64,000 nucleotides of DNA, from assembly GCA_002633005.1 (NCBI GenBank), contig NMRA01000312.1, positions 391,850 to 455,849 of the forward strand, read 5' to 3'. Below the pieces are notes generated by a model that saw only the letters and a program-made list of their open reading frames with translations, ran no database searches and was not told the origin of the DNA. This stretch comes from Phoronis australis (lineage: Eukaryota; Animalia; Phoronida). Numbering within the stretch: the stretch's first letter is position 1; each line of letters opens with the position of its first letter. A program made the translations under genes and the position numbers. Shown here in pieces: positions 49,601 to 61,600 of the stretch.

Positions 49601-52600
49601 ACAGAGCGAAAATCAGTTTTGCCAAAATCACACTGTACCACAGAAAAAAAGACCCCGAATAACAAGGAACTATATTGTAGTTTTCATTATAATATCATTT
49701 TGTAATTTTAGTTTTTAGATTCTAATATTGTTTCATAAAATTATTGAGCATATGTTGTGGGAGAATGCCAAGTGTTGAACAAGTGTATACTGACAAGTAT
49801 GTTTGTATTCTCCGGTTTTTGTAGTAGACCAAAATTAACTTAGAAAAAATCATGCATCACCTTACTAGAAAATTCCTAGTAATTAGTAATTATGTTTTAT
49901 ACTTACTGTAAGTAATGCCATCTGTGCCACAGACCGGTTTGTAGGTTGAAAAACAGAATTTGTAGCATAGTTGTTGTGGAGTTTTGGTAGGTGGCGCTTT
50001 TGTGGTTCCCATGGACTCGCATGTTCCAGTGTGTTTCTGAGCTAGTTTGGTAGAGCTGAATTTTGCGATGCATTGAGCAATCTGAAGTTTGCATTGATTT
50101 TCTGAAACGATACGAAGCATCGATCTTTCAAATGGTAAGGTTTTTCAAGTTCTTCGGCTGATAAACGTTTTGACCATACGCTGCGGGAGAGTGAAAATGT
50201 TGAACAAGTGTATACTGACAAGTATGTTTTGACTCATAGGTTGTCGTACTGAACCAAAACTAATTTAGAAAAAAAGTCATGCGTCACCTTACTCGAAAAT
50301 TCATAGTAATTGGTAATGATGTTTTTATACTTACTGTAAGTAATTCCATCTGTACCACAGACCGGTTTGTAGGTTGAAAAACAGAATTTGTTGCATAGTT
50401 GTTGTGGAGTTTTGGTAGGTGGCGCTTTAGTTGTTCCCATAGACTCGCATGTTCCGTCGTGTTTAATTCTCAATGTTTCGTTAGTCTGAACTTTTAATTT
50501 GCACTGTGCGACCTCGAAGAAACACATATTGGCTAAAACGAAGGAAACGAAATTGAACTTTCCAATTAAAAGTTCCCACGGTGCAATAGCAATCTGAAAC
50601 CACACAAAGTAAAAAGTGCTTTACGCATTAACAGCAAGAGGCCTGGTTGTGCAACCTACGCCTGTCGGCCGCCATTGACGATTAGAGATTGTAATTGTTT
50701 TAGCGTCTGTCAAAGAGAGAGAGTGTGTGTGTGTTGTTCTGAGGTTTCTTTCTAACACTAAGGCTACACAGACGCAATATCACAACATTTCCCATGTCTA
50801 GATAGCCGTGAATCGAATAAAAATGGAGCAATTAGTTTGAGAAGGGTTTTACTAGGGTGCCAATGCATTCTAGTTTCAAAGTTGGATTGCGAGAATAGTC
50901 AGACAACCGTGAACAGTTTCAAAAATTGGTGATAATGTGCACTTTAAAATGCAATATCAATTACTATAAAATACCCATTAATATGTTGTTGTGTACATTA
51001 ATACTCACTGTAAGTTACGTTGTCCTCACCACAAAGTGGTTTATAAAGCCTAAAACAAAAGCGTTCGCATCTTTCTAGTGGAGTTTTGGTGGCTGGAGGT
51101 TCGCACGTGTCGTTTTTTACGAAAGACAATCTCAGTTTACCGCCAAAGTTTTCGTAGTAGCATTGTGTTCGAAGGAACGTGCAGTAGTTTTCTGAAAACA
51201 TCCAGATCAGAGATACTTAGAAATCGCTTACTTTAATACTCGAAAGTAGTCCTCCTTTGAATAGTTTGAATTTTCTGGACATTAATACATCTGACAACAC
51301 TTGTGTTTGTTAAATAACTATCACCCACATCTACAGTTCTTCAGTTCTTGCGTACATTAAGTCTGAAATTTAAAGTGTTTGTTTTAACTATTTGAACTTA
51401 CTACAATGTCATGACTATAGACTAATTGATATGTGCAAGACAATGGTCGAAATGAAGTTATTGTAAAGAGTGCATGAAGCCGAACACAAAAGCATGTCAT
51501 CAACTTGATTAAGTAAACAATTACTCACGGAAGGTTTTCTGTTGGTTTCCGTCCGTGGCGCAAACCGGCCCGTCGTTGATTGCTAGAGAGCAATTGCGAC
51601 TACAGAGGTCACTCACGTCAACACACTTTCCATTGCTCTTGATTGTAAGTTCATCCGGATTAGTCAGCGTATGAACACACTTTTGGTATTCAAAACTGCA
51701 CTTGTTAGCTGAAAAAAATGATTGAAATTCAAACGGAAGGTAAATCAAATTGACATTATCGGTGAGGAAAGTGATTTTCTGAAATTAGCAGTAACGCGTA
51801 ATCGAAATCACAATCCCCGTGGTTGCAGGCAAACACAGCTGGCGGAGCTAAACTCTACTTGATAAATACAGATTGTTTTCATTGGTAAAGTTACCGGCCT
51901 TGATTCAGGGAATAGCTTGAGGATCTACGGAGGAGGGGGTTCAGTGGGGTTAACCCCCCACCCCTGGGACAGGATCAAAAATATAAATTATAAAACGTCA
52001 CCAGAAAAACGAAATCAACTACAAAAACAAGAAAATCTCTCACGCGCCTCGGATTCACGCGATTCCTAAGCACCCCCCAAACGTAGATATGCCAGTGCTC
52101 TGGCTAAAACTAGTAACGTTTTATGAGTCTATATCATCCAACAATAATGTCAAACCTATGGACGCAAAATCAATAATATCCCAATGCAGCGTCACGTTTG
52201 AAGATCAGTGTTCTGGAGCCCTTGGTTTTCTTATTTAGTATGGGAAGTAAGCGTTTCTAACTGGATAATTTAATGGAAATATTTACCTCTGATATGTTGA
52301 CGTACTCAAGTTTGAAGTTAAAGGTTTCGACTTGACCTACAGGTAATTAGCAGTGTGTGGGACCTTAAAATTGCCTTTAATGAAATTTTGAATTAATAGT
52401 GCGCTGCTGCTTGGTCACCGTCGATTGACTTTTTGTTAAAAGTTTTATGACATAAAGTGCTGCGTTCTTCCAAAGCAACATCCGATACGTTTTATACTTG
52501 AACTACAAGCGGCCTCTGCTATACACAGAGCTCAAGAAATTAGCGCGCTGTGAGTAACAATAGTCAAATAGAACTCAAGAATGCAGTGGCCCAAGAAGAC

Positions 52601-55600
52601 ACTGAACTTTCTCCCTGAAAATAAAACTAATAATATTATAACAATTGTTTTTTCAATGTCATCTTTGGGCCACCGTAAAACTTTGTCTAGGTAACATTAT
52701 TAGAAAGTGACAGGTTTGGAATTCTGGCTCCAGCACTTACGATATGTTTTGCCGTCACTACCGCACACTGGGGCGTATTTCTCTTTATCGCATTTGTACT
52801 GGCAGTTGCCCCCGGAACACATGCCGTCATACACTTTAGATATATTTAGTCCTGGGTTAGACTTCTGTCCTTCGCACTCGGCTTGTTCCATGAAGCATTC
52901 GTTAGCTAAAATAAGAAGAACATAGTTTTCTAAATTTCTTTTTCTACAATTCCAAAGGGTAGAAGTAATGACATAGCCGCGCCTCTAAGTTTCATCACGG
53001 TCCTCCAACTCTCTCCTTAGTAGCCAGCGTTCTCTAGACTTAAGAATACCCCTCAAACGCCAGAGTGCAAATCCCCGGGACCAGATTCCGCGCCCACACT
53101 CTTAATGAACTGGCGAGGAATCTGGTAGCCAAGACAGAAGTTTGCTCATCGTGTCTAGAGCATTTTCGGTGCGGGTTTGGGACTTGTACCACACGTGTCA
53201 GCTGCCCCGGACTAGGGTTTCAGGATAGTAGCTGAAATTTGGAGGCGCAGCCAAAGAATTGTTTCCCTTTCCTACTTCGTTCTCCTTTTCCCCATCGCAG
53301 ACTCTATAAACGCAAATACATGCATAACAAAATGAGTCATGCAGTGAAAAACGTTCTTTAAGATAAAATGTGTAAACTAACTTTGATTTCTAACTTATCT
53401 TAACCTGATGACCCAGTTAACTTAAAGATCACACGGTAAACAAATACGACTCTCCTCAGATCCCTTTCAAAAGTTCCGACCTACACTGCGTGGTGAAAAT
53501 GTCAAGCTACGTCCTTTTAAGTAAAAATTACGTTGTATATCTAAACTGTCATTTTCGTATGCTCGGATCTAGTTTTTTATATCGCATCATTCCTTCACGT
53601 GTGAACGAGTGCATGTTTAGCCAAACAATGCATCACTGGATTCTTTTCCATGAAAAGAGACTTCTGCCAGAAATCAGAAATTTTGTATTACGTCCCACTC
53701 GATTATCCCGAAAACCAATTTGATATCACTTCAGTAAAGCACAAAGCCTCTGAGAAACTGTACAGAATATTGCCACTTAACTACTTAACGTGTAAACGTG
53801 GCAAAACTTTAATCGTCAATAACGAAGGCAAAATTCATGTCTTCTGTCTAAAGTTACTTTTACGAAGTGGACCCCTGATTGCATAGCACTGAAGAGACAG
53901 ACTATCACAAAAACACAGCTCACTCTCTCATGGATATACCTTGGCACTCAAGAACACGGTTAACTTACCTGTCTGACCTATACAACCCCACACTTATCGA
54001 AAGGCAGGTTATGCATTCAAAAAACATGGCACCTGGACCGCATGCTCGGATCCGGCACATGTAAACACTGCTCACGGACTCCTCTCTGATCGTGCACGCG
54101 ATTCTAAACCCTGTGAGTCAGTAAGCGGTGTTTCGGGATGTGTACGCCAAGTTTTCTGAATGCAGGCGTGTGTGTGAGTCACGGAACTGAGTTACAGTTC
54201 TAAGAGTCGTGTTCTTGTGTGCGTCAGTCGTGGTGTTCGAAAACCTGCAAGTTAGTGTTTCTGTCGTATTTCTACATGAGCAATCCAGGAGCAACGTTTT
54301 CACACATAATCTACACAAACAAGGTGTCTAAAAATTGGACTCCAATGCTTGCACTTATACGTGAATCTACGTATGCATGTTCGTTGCCTGTTGATCTAGA
54401 TTTGACTGAGGGCTCCCTTTCACTGCACACAGCATTCATCTCTACCAGTAAAGGCCCCTTGGGTCCTCTGCAGCTGTTTATTCAGGTTAGTGGGTAAGTT
54501 GGCCCTGACTGAAAGGTAGTGCAGGGCAGTTAAAAGGTTACTAAACCCGGCTTTAGCCCTGAAACGAAATAATGCTTGACAACCCTCGACAACCCTCAAA
54601 GGTTGGAGCACGATTTGAAAACTCCGTTCAACGGGCAAGCTTGACTTAACACATAGGCGAGAACGACCATCTACCAAGAACCATGATATCCAATCTGTGA
54701 TACAGAGAGTATAAATTTTTAATTAAATCCTGCTTTCACGATTCAAGAGGAACGCCAAAGATGCATTAACAGGATTGATTGAAATCACCAAAACAAGGTA
54801 ACGTATCCTTTTAAAATTGCCATGTAATGAACTATACTTACAATACGTCTTTCCGTCACTTGCGCAGACAGGTTTGTAGATGCGCGGACAGTATTTTATG
54901 CATGTCTCTTCCATAGCCACAGCATCGTATGAAGCCACACATTCGCCCTTGTACGCCATGGTAAGAACAACATTTCCGTCTCTCTTTGCAAAACATTGAG
55001 CAATCTTTAGCGCGCATGTGTTACCTGAAAAAGTTGAGGACATATTTACCGTTTCCGAATGCAACTTTGACGTGAAAAATATATAATGGCATTATCGAAA
55101 CATTGTAATGGCAATGAAATTTAATTTTTTTACATATTGTCATTTCGGTATTATCGGAGATATTGAAAGAATTGAATAATTGTTCCTTAAGAAACTGTTT
55201 TGTGTTTGCCTTTTAAGTCATTCAAAAGTCTGAGCTTCGTTTAAAACGCGCACAGCAACTTTTTATCTACATACGAGGTAGAGGGTACCGGGCTCGATTC
55301 CCGACTTTTCCAAATTTTCGTAAGTCATATCAGGTCTATCCGATATACTTGCAAAGTACGAGTGTTTGACACGTTAGTCTAGCAAACACCTACGCAGCCC
55401 TAGTATCGATGGTGCTGCTGAATTCAGGACGTCAAGCAAAAAACCAGTTGCCTAATTATGATTGACCAAATGGTGTCACCTAAAACATATTTCTTGTTAG
55501 AAAAAAATCAATATTGACACAGATGAATACTTTCAGATATCTGTTTTGAAGCCGAGAAAACATGTGGATAAGTTTTGACGTCATCAGATATTACCGGTCT

Positions 55601-58600
55601 CTGTTTATTTATTACAGTCTTTCTAAAAATCTTAATGGGTATTAGAACTATCACAACTTGCAAACGCTTCACTGATTTCCAAACTGTTTGTGTTAATCAA
55701 TCAACAAAGACTGGAAGAACAATTGCGTGCCAGGATTTTTAATTTTTAAGCTATGTATCGACCGCTAACGTAGAAGAATTGCCTTCACCTTTTTCAAATG
55801 CCTAGGACTAAAGTAGCTAAAAACGAAAACTAATATTCTATGAACCTGTATTTACAATGTACAGTATAACTGTTTTGAATATATCTCGACAATTTATACT
55901 CGCAGAAGTGAAAACGGGAACTCTTTCGAGAATATAGTACTTTTTTGATGTTCCAGAGTTTGTAAAATAATTTTGTTATTGTTCAAAACACTAAAAATTT
56001 TAAATTAATGATTATTTAAAAGTATATGAAAGTCTCCTTCATTGAAAGTAGAGTGAACTAAACAAAACAAAACAAAACAAAACAAAACGGATCTTTAGGC
56101 CTTAACGTCCCGAGACCTGCGACACCTGTTTGCGTCAGAGCCTATCCTTCCTTTTCCGAATCAAAACGGATAACTGAAAGGATCTGTTATCCTAGCGGGA
56201 CTAAAACAAAAAGTAAAAACTACGGTGGCCCGAAAGTATCATCGCTATTTTAGTTTATTAATTTTTTTTATTTTTCCTTTTCCACCTGGGATGAAATATT
56301 TCAACCTAGGTGGAAATTATTTTTACCCGGGTGGAAATTATTTCAACCTAGGTGGAAACTATTTCAACCTAGGTGGAAAATGAAAAATGAAAAAATATTT
56401 AAACAAAAGTAGCGATGATACTTTCGGGCCACCGTAAAAAACAGTAGTAAGTAGCGAAATAAGAGTGATTTAATGACCGTTTATTTATGGAGGTGTGTTA
56501 GCAACTTCTGGGTCACGGTTCTAATCACAGAAGTGGTGGTACGTACCATGAAATAGCAGTAAACATTTAGGTTCCAGATGGGTATGGTAGGACGAATACT
56601 TACGTTGCTATTAGTATTGAGTAACAGATGGGTATTGGCCGATTGCCAACAATGGGCTCGAACATAACGGCAAGTAATTTGAAGTACCGGGTGGGTACAC
56701 AAACGCCCAATGAGCTACAACAATAATGACAACGCAAGTTCCGGCAAGGCTGAGTGAGCAGACACGGTGTGCTAGAGTGTGTTACGCTAATTTGCCCAGT
56801 TTCGTACAGCCTGTGTGAGCAGTGCTGTCGTTATAACTTCGTCATTTTTGGTAATGCAGCTCTTTAAAAACTAGTTTTCTCCCTAGAATAACAGACATTA
56901 GACTGGTTCTCAAAATCCGGGGCACCCTTTAAGTGACGATTGAATTTCTAGATAATCCTTTTCCCTTATTGAGACTGAACTTATTCGTCTAGCGGCGAGG
57001 TGCAAGAACGTGTAACTGAGCGTTTGTGGATTTCTTACCATACGTGACGCCATCACTTCCACACACAGGCTGATACTCCACCGAGGAACCCATCTCTTCA
57101 CAATTTGGCTGACACTTTCCTTTGTACAAAACTTTAATCCCGTTTCTACCGCGGCACGAAGCAGATTTAAGCTGACAATCGTTGCCTAGCAAACACAGAC
57201 GCCGTGAAGAACCACATCAAATTTGTGTTATGAGGGTTTGGAATCATAAAGGGATACTATCGTGTTTACGGTCATTTTGGGACTGCTGTCAGACGGGATG
57301 GACTTTTGGAAGCTGTTGGCTTTGACAAGAGCTCTAAAACAATAAACTCAATCATGTTTTTGTAAAATCTCTTTTATTTATCGAGTGCAATGTAGGTCGA
57401 CAGCAGAGCTTGTCTGCTAATGAGAAAGTTCCCGTTTCGAATCCGGGCTGAGACTAATAACCCTTTTCGTAGCTAATGTTACAATAAGGATCAAGGTAAA
57501 ACCATTAAACCGCAAAAAAATAAAGACGGATCATTATCAACTGAAGACGATGGATTCAAAACGCCACATTTGTAAACGATGACATATTTGGTACTGGGAA
57601 TAATTCTAAAAACCGGCCAATTATAATCATAACGAGCCCGTACACCAATCTTCTGAGTAGTTCGCGAATGTAAACCCAGAGCCTTACTTTTCAGTAAGAG
57701 CTGTAATTTTCAAAGGATTGTGTGGTTTTCCAAAATAAACGACCTAGGATAACATACGTCTGTTAGAGAAGACTTGGATTCACATCAATGTGAAATATTT
57801 CAACAGAAATACACCCGAGCTTTTTCCAGATTAGATTTTGAGTCACATTTTCCGTGACACCCTTGTATCCGCTCTCACGAACATTTGAAGTAAAACATTG
57901 TCATTTTAAAACATACGCCCTGGGGCTTGTTATCAGAAAGTCCAGGTAAGCGGTAGTGTTTTAAAAAATGCGAGATGCATATGTACACATTATTCAATAT
58001 GACTGTGAAAAGAGATTACGGGTTCACCGTTGGACTTACTGTATGTTTTCCCGTCGCTGCCACAAACGGGGTCGTAGACTGCACCACACATCTGCCTGCA
58101 ATTTCGCTCGCACCTTTTTATCCCGTACAACTTCAACGAATATCCTCTCTCCCGGGCTTTACACTGAGCAACGCCGAAGTAGCAATCGTTATCTTAACAG
58201 AGTAAAAAAGAAACCTGAAGCAGCGGAAGGAGTCTCTTCAACTTCTGCTCTCATTGAGACCAATAATAATTTCAATGAAAAATAGACGTCAACACGAAGA
58301 ACTGCTAACAAACTTCACATAAGACCACGAGTCTGTGTCACGTAACCATCGAGCACCCACTACTTGTCGAGGGAATGTTTTATTAATGCATAGGACCTGT
58401 TACTACTCTATAATGATTCAGTTTGTGCTCCAATTTAGCACCAAATGACTATCTGGGTCACGGCACAAGCGTCCTCAGCTTCTGCAAAGATACTATATCC
58501 CAAGCTTTAGGTATCTATAAAATCTTTGGCTTCTGATCGTCCACAATACACTACATAAATAATACAAGGTAGGACACTCCCGGCTAGAAATTCCACAGGT

Positions 58601-61600
58601 GCTTCACTTCAGCCGTCCATAACAAACACAAAACTCAATAAATTTACACAAAACCGACGTTCAACAAACCACAAGGAATTGTTCTTTCTCCCAATACCAT
58701 TTACGGTGTCCTGCTTTACCTAGTTCGCAAGAAATTCGCGGTCAAAATACAAAAATGTTCCCAAAAAGCCCACGCATCGAGCCTCCTTGGACGCTTCGAG
58801 GTCAAGGACGGTACGGAATTATCCGGTGAGTTACGGATGGACGGCAATCGCCGGTTCATCACGGAAGCTTACGAAATCTCTGGAGTAAGCGATGTCGTGA
58901 CACTCCTTGACAAATCGACAATTGCCGTATCGTCCTTGACCTCGAACCGTCCAAGGAGGCTCGATGTGTGGGCTTTTTGGGAACATTTCTGTCCTTTGAC
59001 AGCGAATTTGAATTTCTTGGGAACTCGGTGAAGCACGACACCGTAAACGGTATTGGGAGAAAGAACAATTCCCCGAGGTTTGGTGAACGTTTCTGTTTTG
59101 TGTAAATTTATTGAGTTTTGTGTTTGTTATGGACGTTTGAAATGAAGCGCCTGTGCTAGCCGGGAGTGTCCTACCTTGTAGTATTTATATAGTGTATTGT
59201 GGACGATCAGAAGCTGAGGACGCCTATGGGTCAAGGCATGCTAAAAAGGTCTCAAGCAACCACAGAATTCCGAATCTTTCCAACTATAGACTAACTCTGA
59301 TTCAGAGTGAAGGAATGTGCAAGAGGTAGGCCTAAGTAGTCTAAATCAAAGGTCGCTTTTTGCAAAAATTGTGTTGTGATGCTTTAACTGAAATGCTGCG
59401 TATGAACTCACCATATGTTACTCCGTCTGAGCCACAATGAGGCTGGTAAAGGTCGTAGCACACTTTGTCACATGTACTGTTTGGTTTCGAGGTCGAAGGT
59501 AAGTCCTCACAACGAGACTTCGCCACTAGTTGGAGCTTGTTGCCAGCGAGTTTTGCCCTGCACTGCGCTTGCTCAAAAATGCATTTACTGCCTAAGTGTT
59601 AAAAACAATAAATTTAAGAAAATCGTTTGTGTAAAACGCTAGATCGATGAGTCCAGGTAACGTTTAACGGTTATTAGTGACAAAATTAAAAGGTCAAATG
59701 CGTAGTTAAGTTCTAGGTTGTAACTTTTTTCATCATATGACCTTTAGCATGATTACGAGATAGACAAATTGTCGTCGTTTTTAGAGGTGCTTCCATATTT
59801 TTGTTACGGTACGATTGTCGAGTGACAATACACCAAGATGCCAACTGCCATTACCAGGCTTACCAATTCCGAACACCGATAAGCAAACTGATCGTATTGG
59901 TAAACGCCCAGCCATTCACCAGTAAGCTGCCCAGTAAAGATCGTCCCGGTGCGATTAAAGTCACGTGCAGTATATCAGTAATGAGCGAAGGGGAATCCTC
60001 CAATGTTAACATTGAAGACGCCACTGAGTCATGCAGAATGAAGGGAAAAGCAGCACTGACTGTGAATTTGCTAAAATAGCATTAAAAGTTGTACTTTGCT
60101 TTTCGATCGACCGTCCTTACCGTAAGTGACCCCGTCACTAGCACACATTGGTTGGTACACCGGTGGACACGGATACTCCGCACATTTCGGTGAGCACTTG
60201 CCGTTGGAAGCAATGGTAATGTCCTTCCCGCCTTGCTCTCTAGAGCGGCAAGAGGCACTGCCGAGAATACACTTGTTGCCTAGGTAAAACACGAATACAA
60301 TGATATACCGAGATTTTATCAACCTTGCAAGTGCGACAGCTCTGATGTATACTATTAATGACAAATGGGCGCTCATTGTTATTTTTTTACTTTCAGCAGT
60401 TCAGGTAACTATGCATGTTTGTTACATAGTTCTTGGATAGATTGGTAAATTCGCAACTGCAAGTGTAATTTTTCAGGCACAGAAACAAAACACACCATGA
60501 GGTTGTTGCTCCTATAGTTTCAGTGAACCGGAGGTATGTATGTATCCTTTTAATCAAAGGCTCTAGAAAAGTCCAAAAACATCTGTTGATAGAAACTTGT
60601 TCTTACTCGGACTAGAAGTGTTTCCTGGGCTTGGGAAGATCTGACATTTCACTGTTGTCTGCGGCCACGTGTGGCATATAAAAGCACCTAATTGGTCAAA
60701 TCTCGTGCAATAACGAACTGTCACTCCTTCCAAATCACATAAATCACTTCTGAAGTGAGCAACAAATAAATTGGGGACAGTTTTGTTAGTGGCCTAAATT
60801 GAGGCTTATAAATTCTTGATACCAGGTCTATAAGTCGCATGCTTCATTAGTGCCGTTGGAATCTTAAAAGTTCGGATTTTTAACAGAACGCAAGTTTTCA
60901 GCCGCTGTAAGGTTCAGCGTTCAACGCGCATGCGTCCATGGGCTTACTGTAGGTTTTTCCATCGCTGCCACACACGGGACTGTAGACTGCGGGGCACATT
61001 TGGATACATTTCGTTGGCGTATCGTCTTCCATCATCTGCTCACATCTATTTAAACCTGTCAACGTCAGCGTGTCACCTCTCTCGCGGGCTTTGCATTGAG
61101 CAATCCCAAAGTAGCAGTCGTTATCTAAAGCAAAAAGTTCAAACTACAGCACAAGCAGAACGAACAAAATTTGTGATGCGAATCCAGTCACTGAAGTAAT
61201 GGAGGAGGTCAATGAAACGGGCAGTGTAGTGGTGTGAAAGGAAGCACGGTAATCGCTTGCAAAAGTTAAAAAGCTCGGAATCGTACTTCACAAAATAAAC
61301 AATGCTACTTTGTGCAAGCATTGTGCAATGCCACGGGTGTTCATGAGCTGCTGAGATATTAAATGCGTGCTTCTGTATAAATGTCGACATCGAAACACAT
61401 CCATGCACAAATAATAGGATTTTCTCTTGGAGTGTTCTCTTCAATGTTATTACAAATTGCGGCTATTAACTAAGAGATCTGTTTGTAAAGTTAGCGTTGG
61501 GACAAGCAGTCGTGCTAACTTACCGTAGGTTATTCCATCTGAGCCGCAGTGGGGCTGGTATATCTCGTAACAGGCTTTGTCGCATTTGCTTGGTTTAGGT

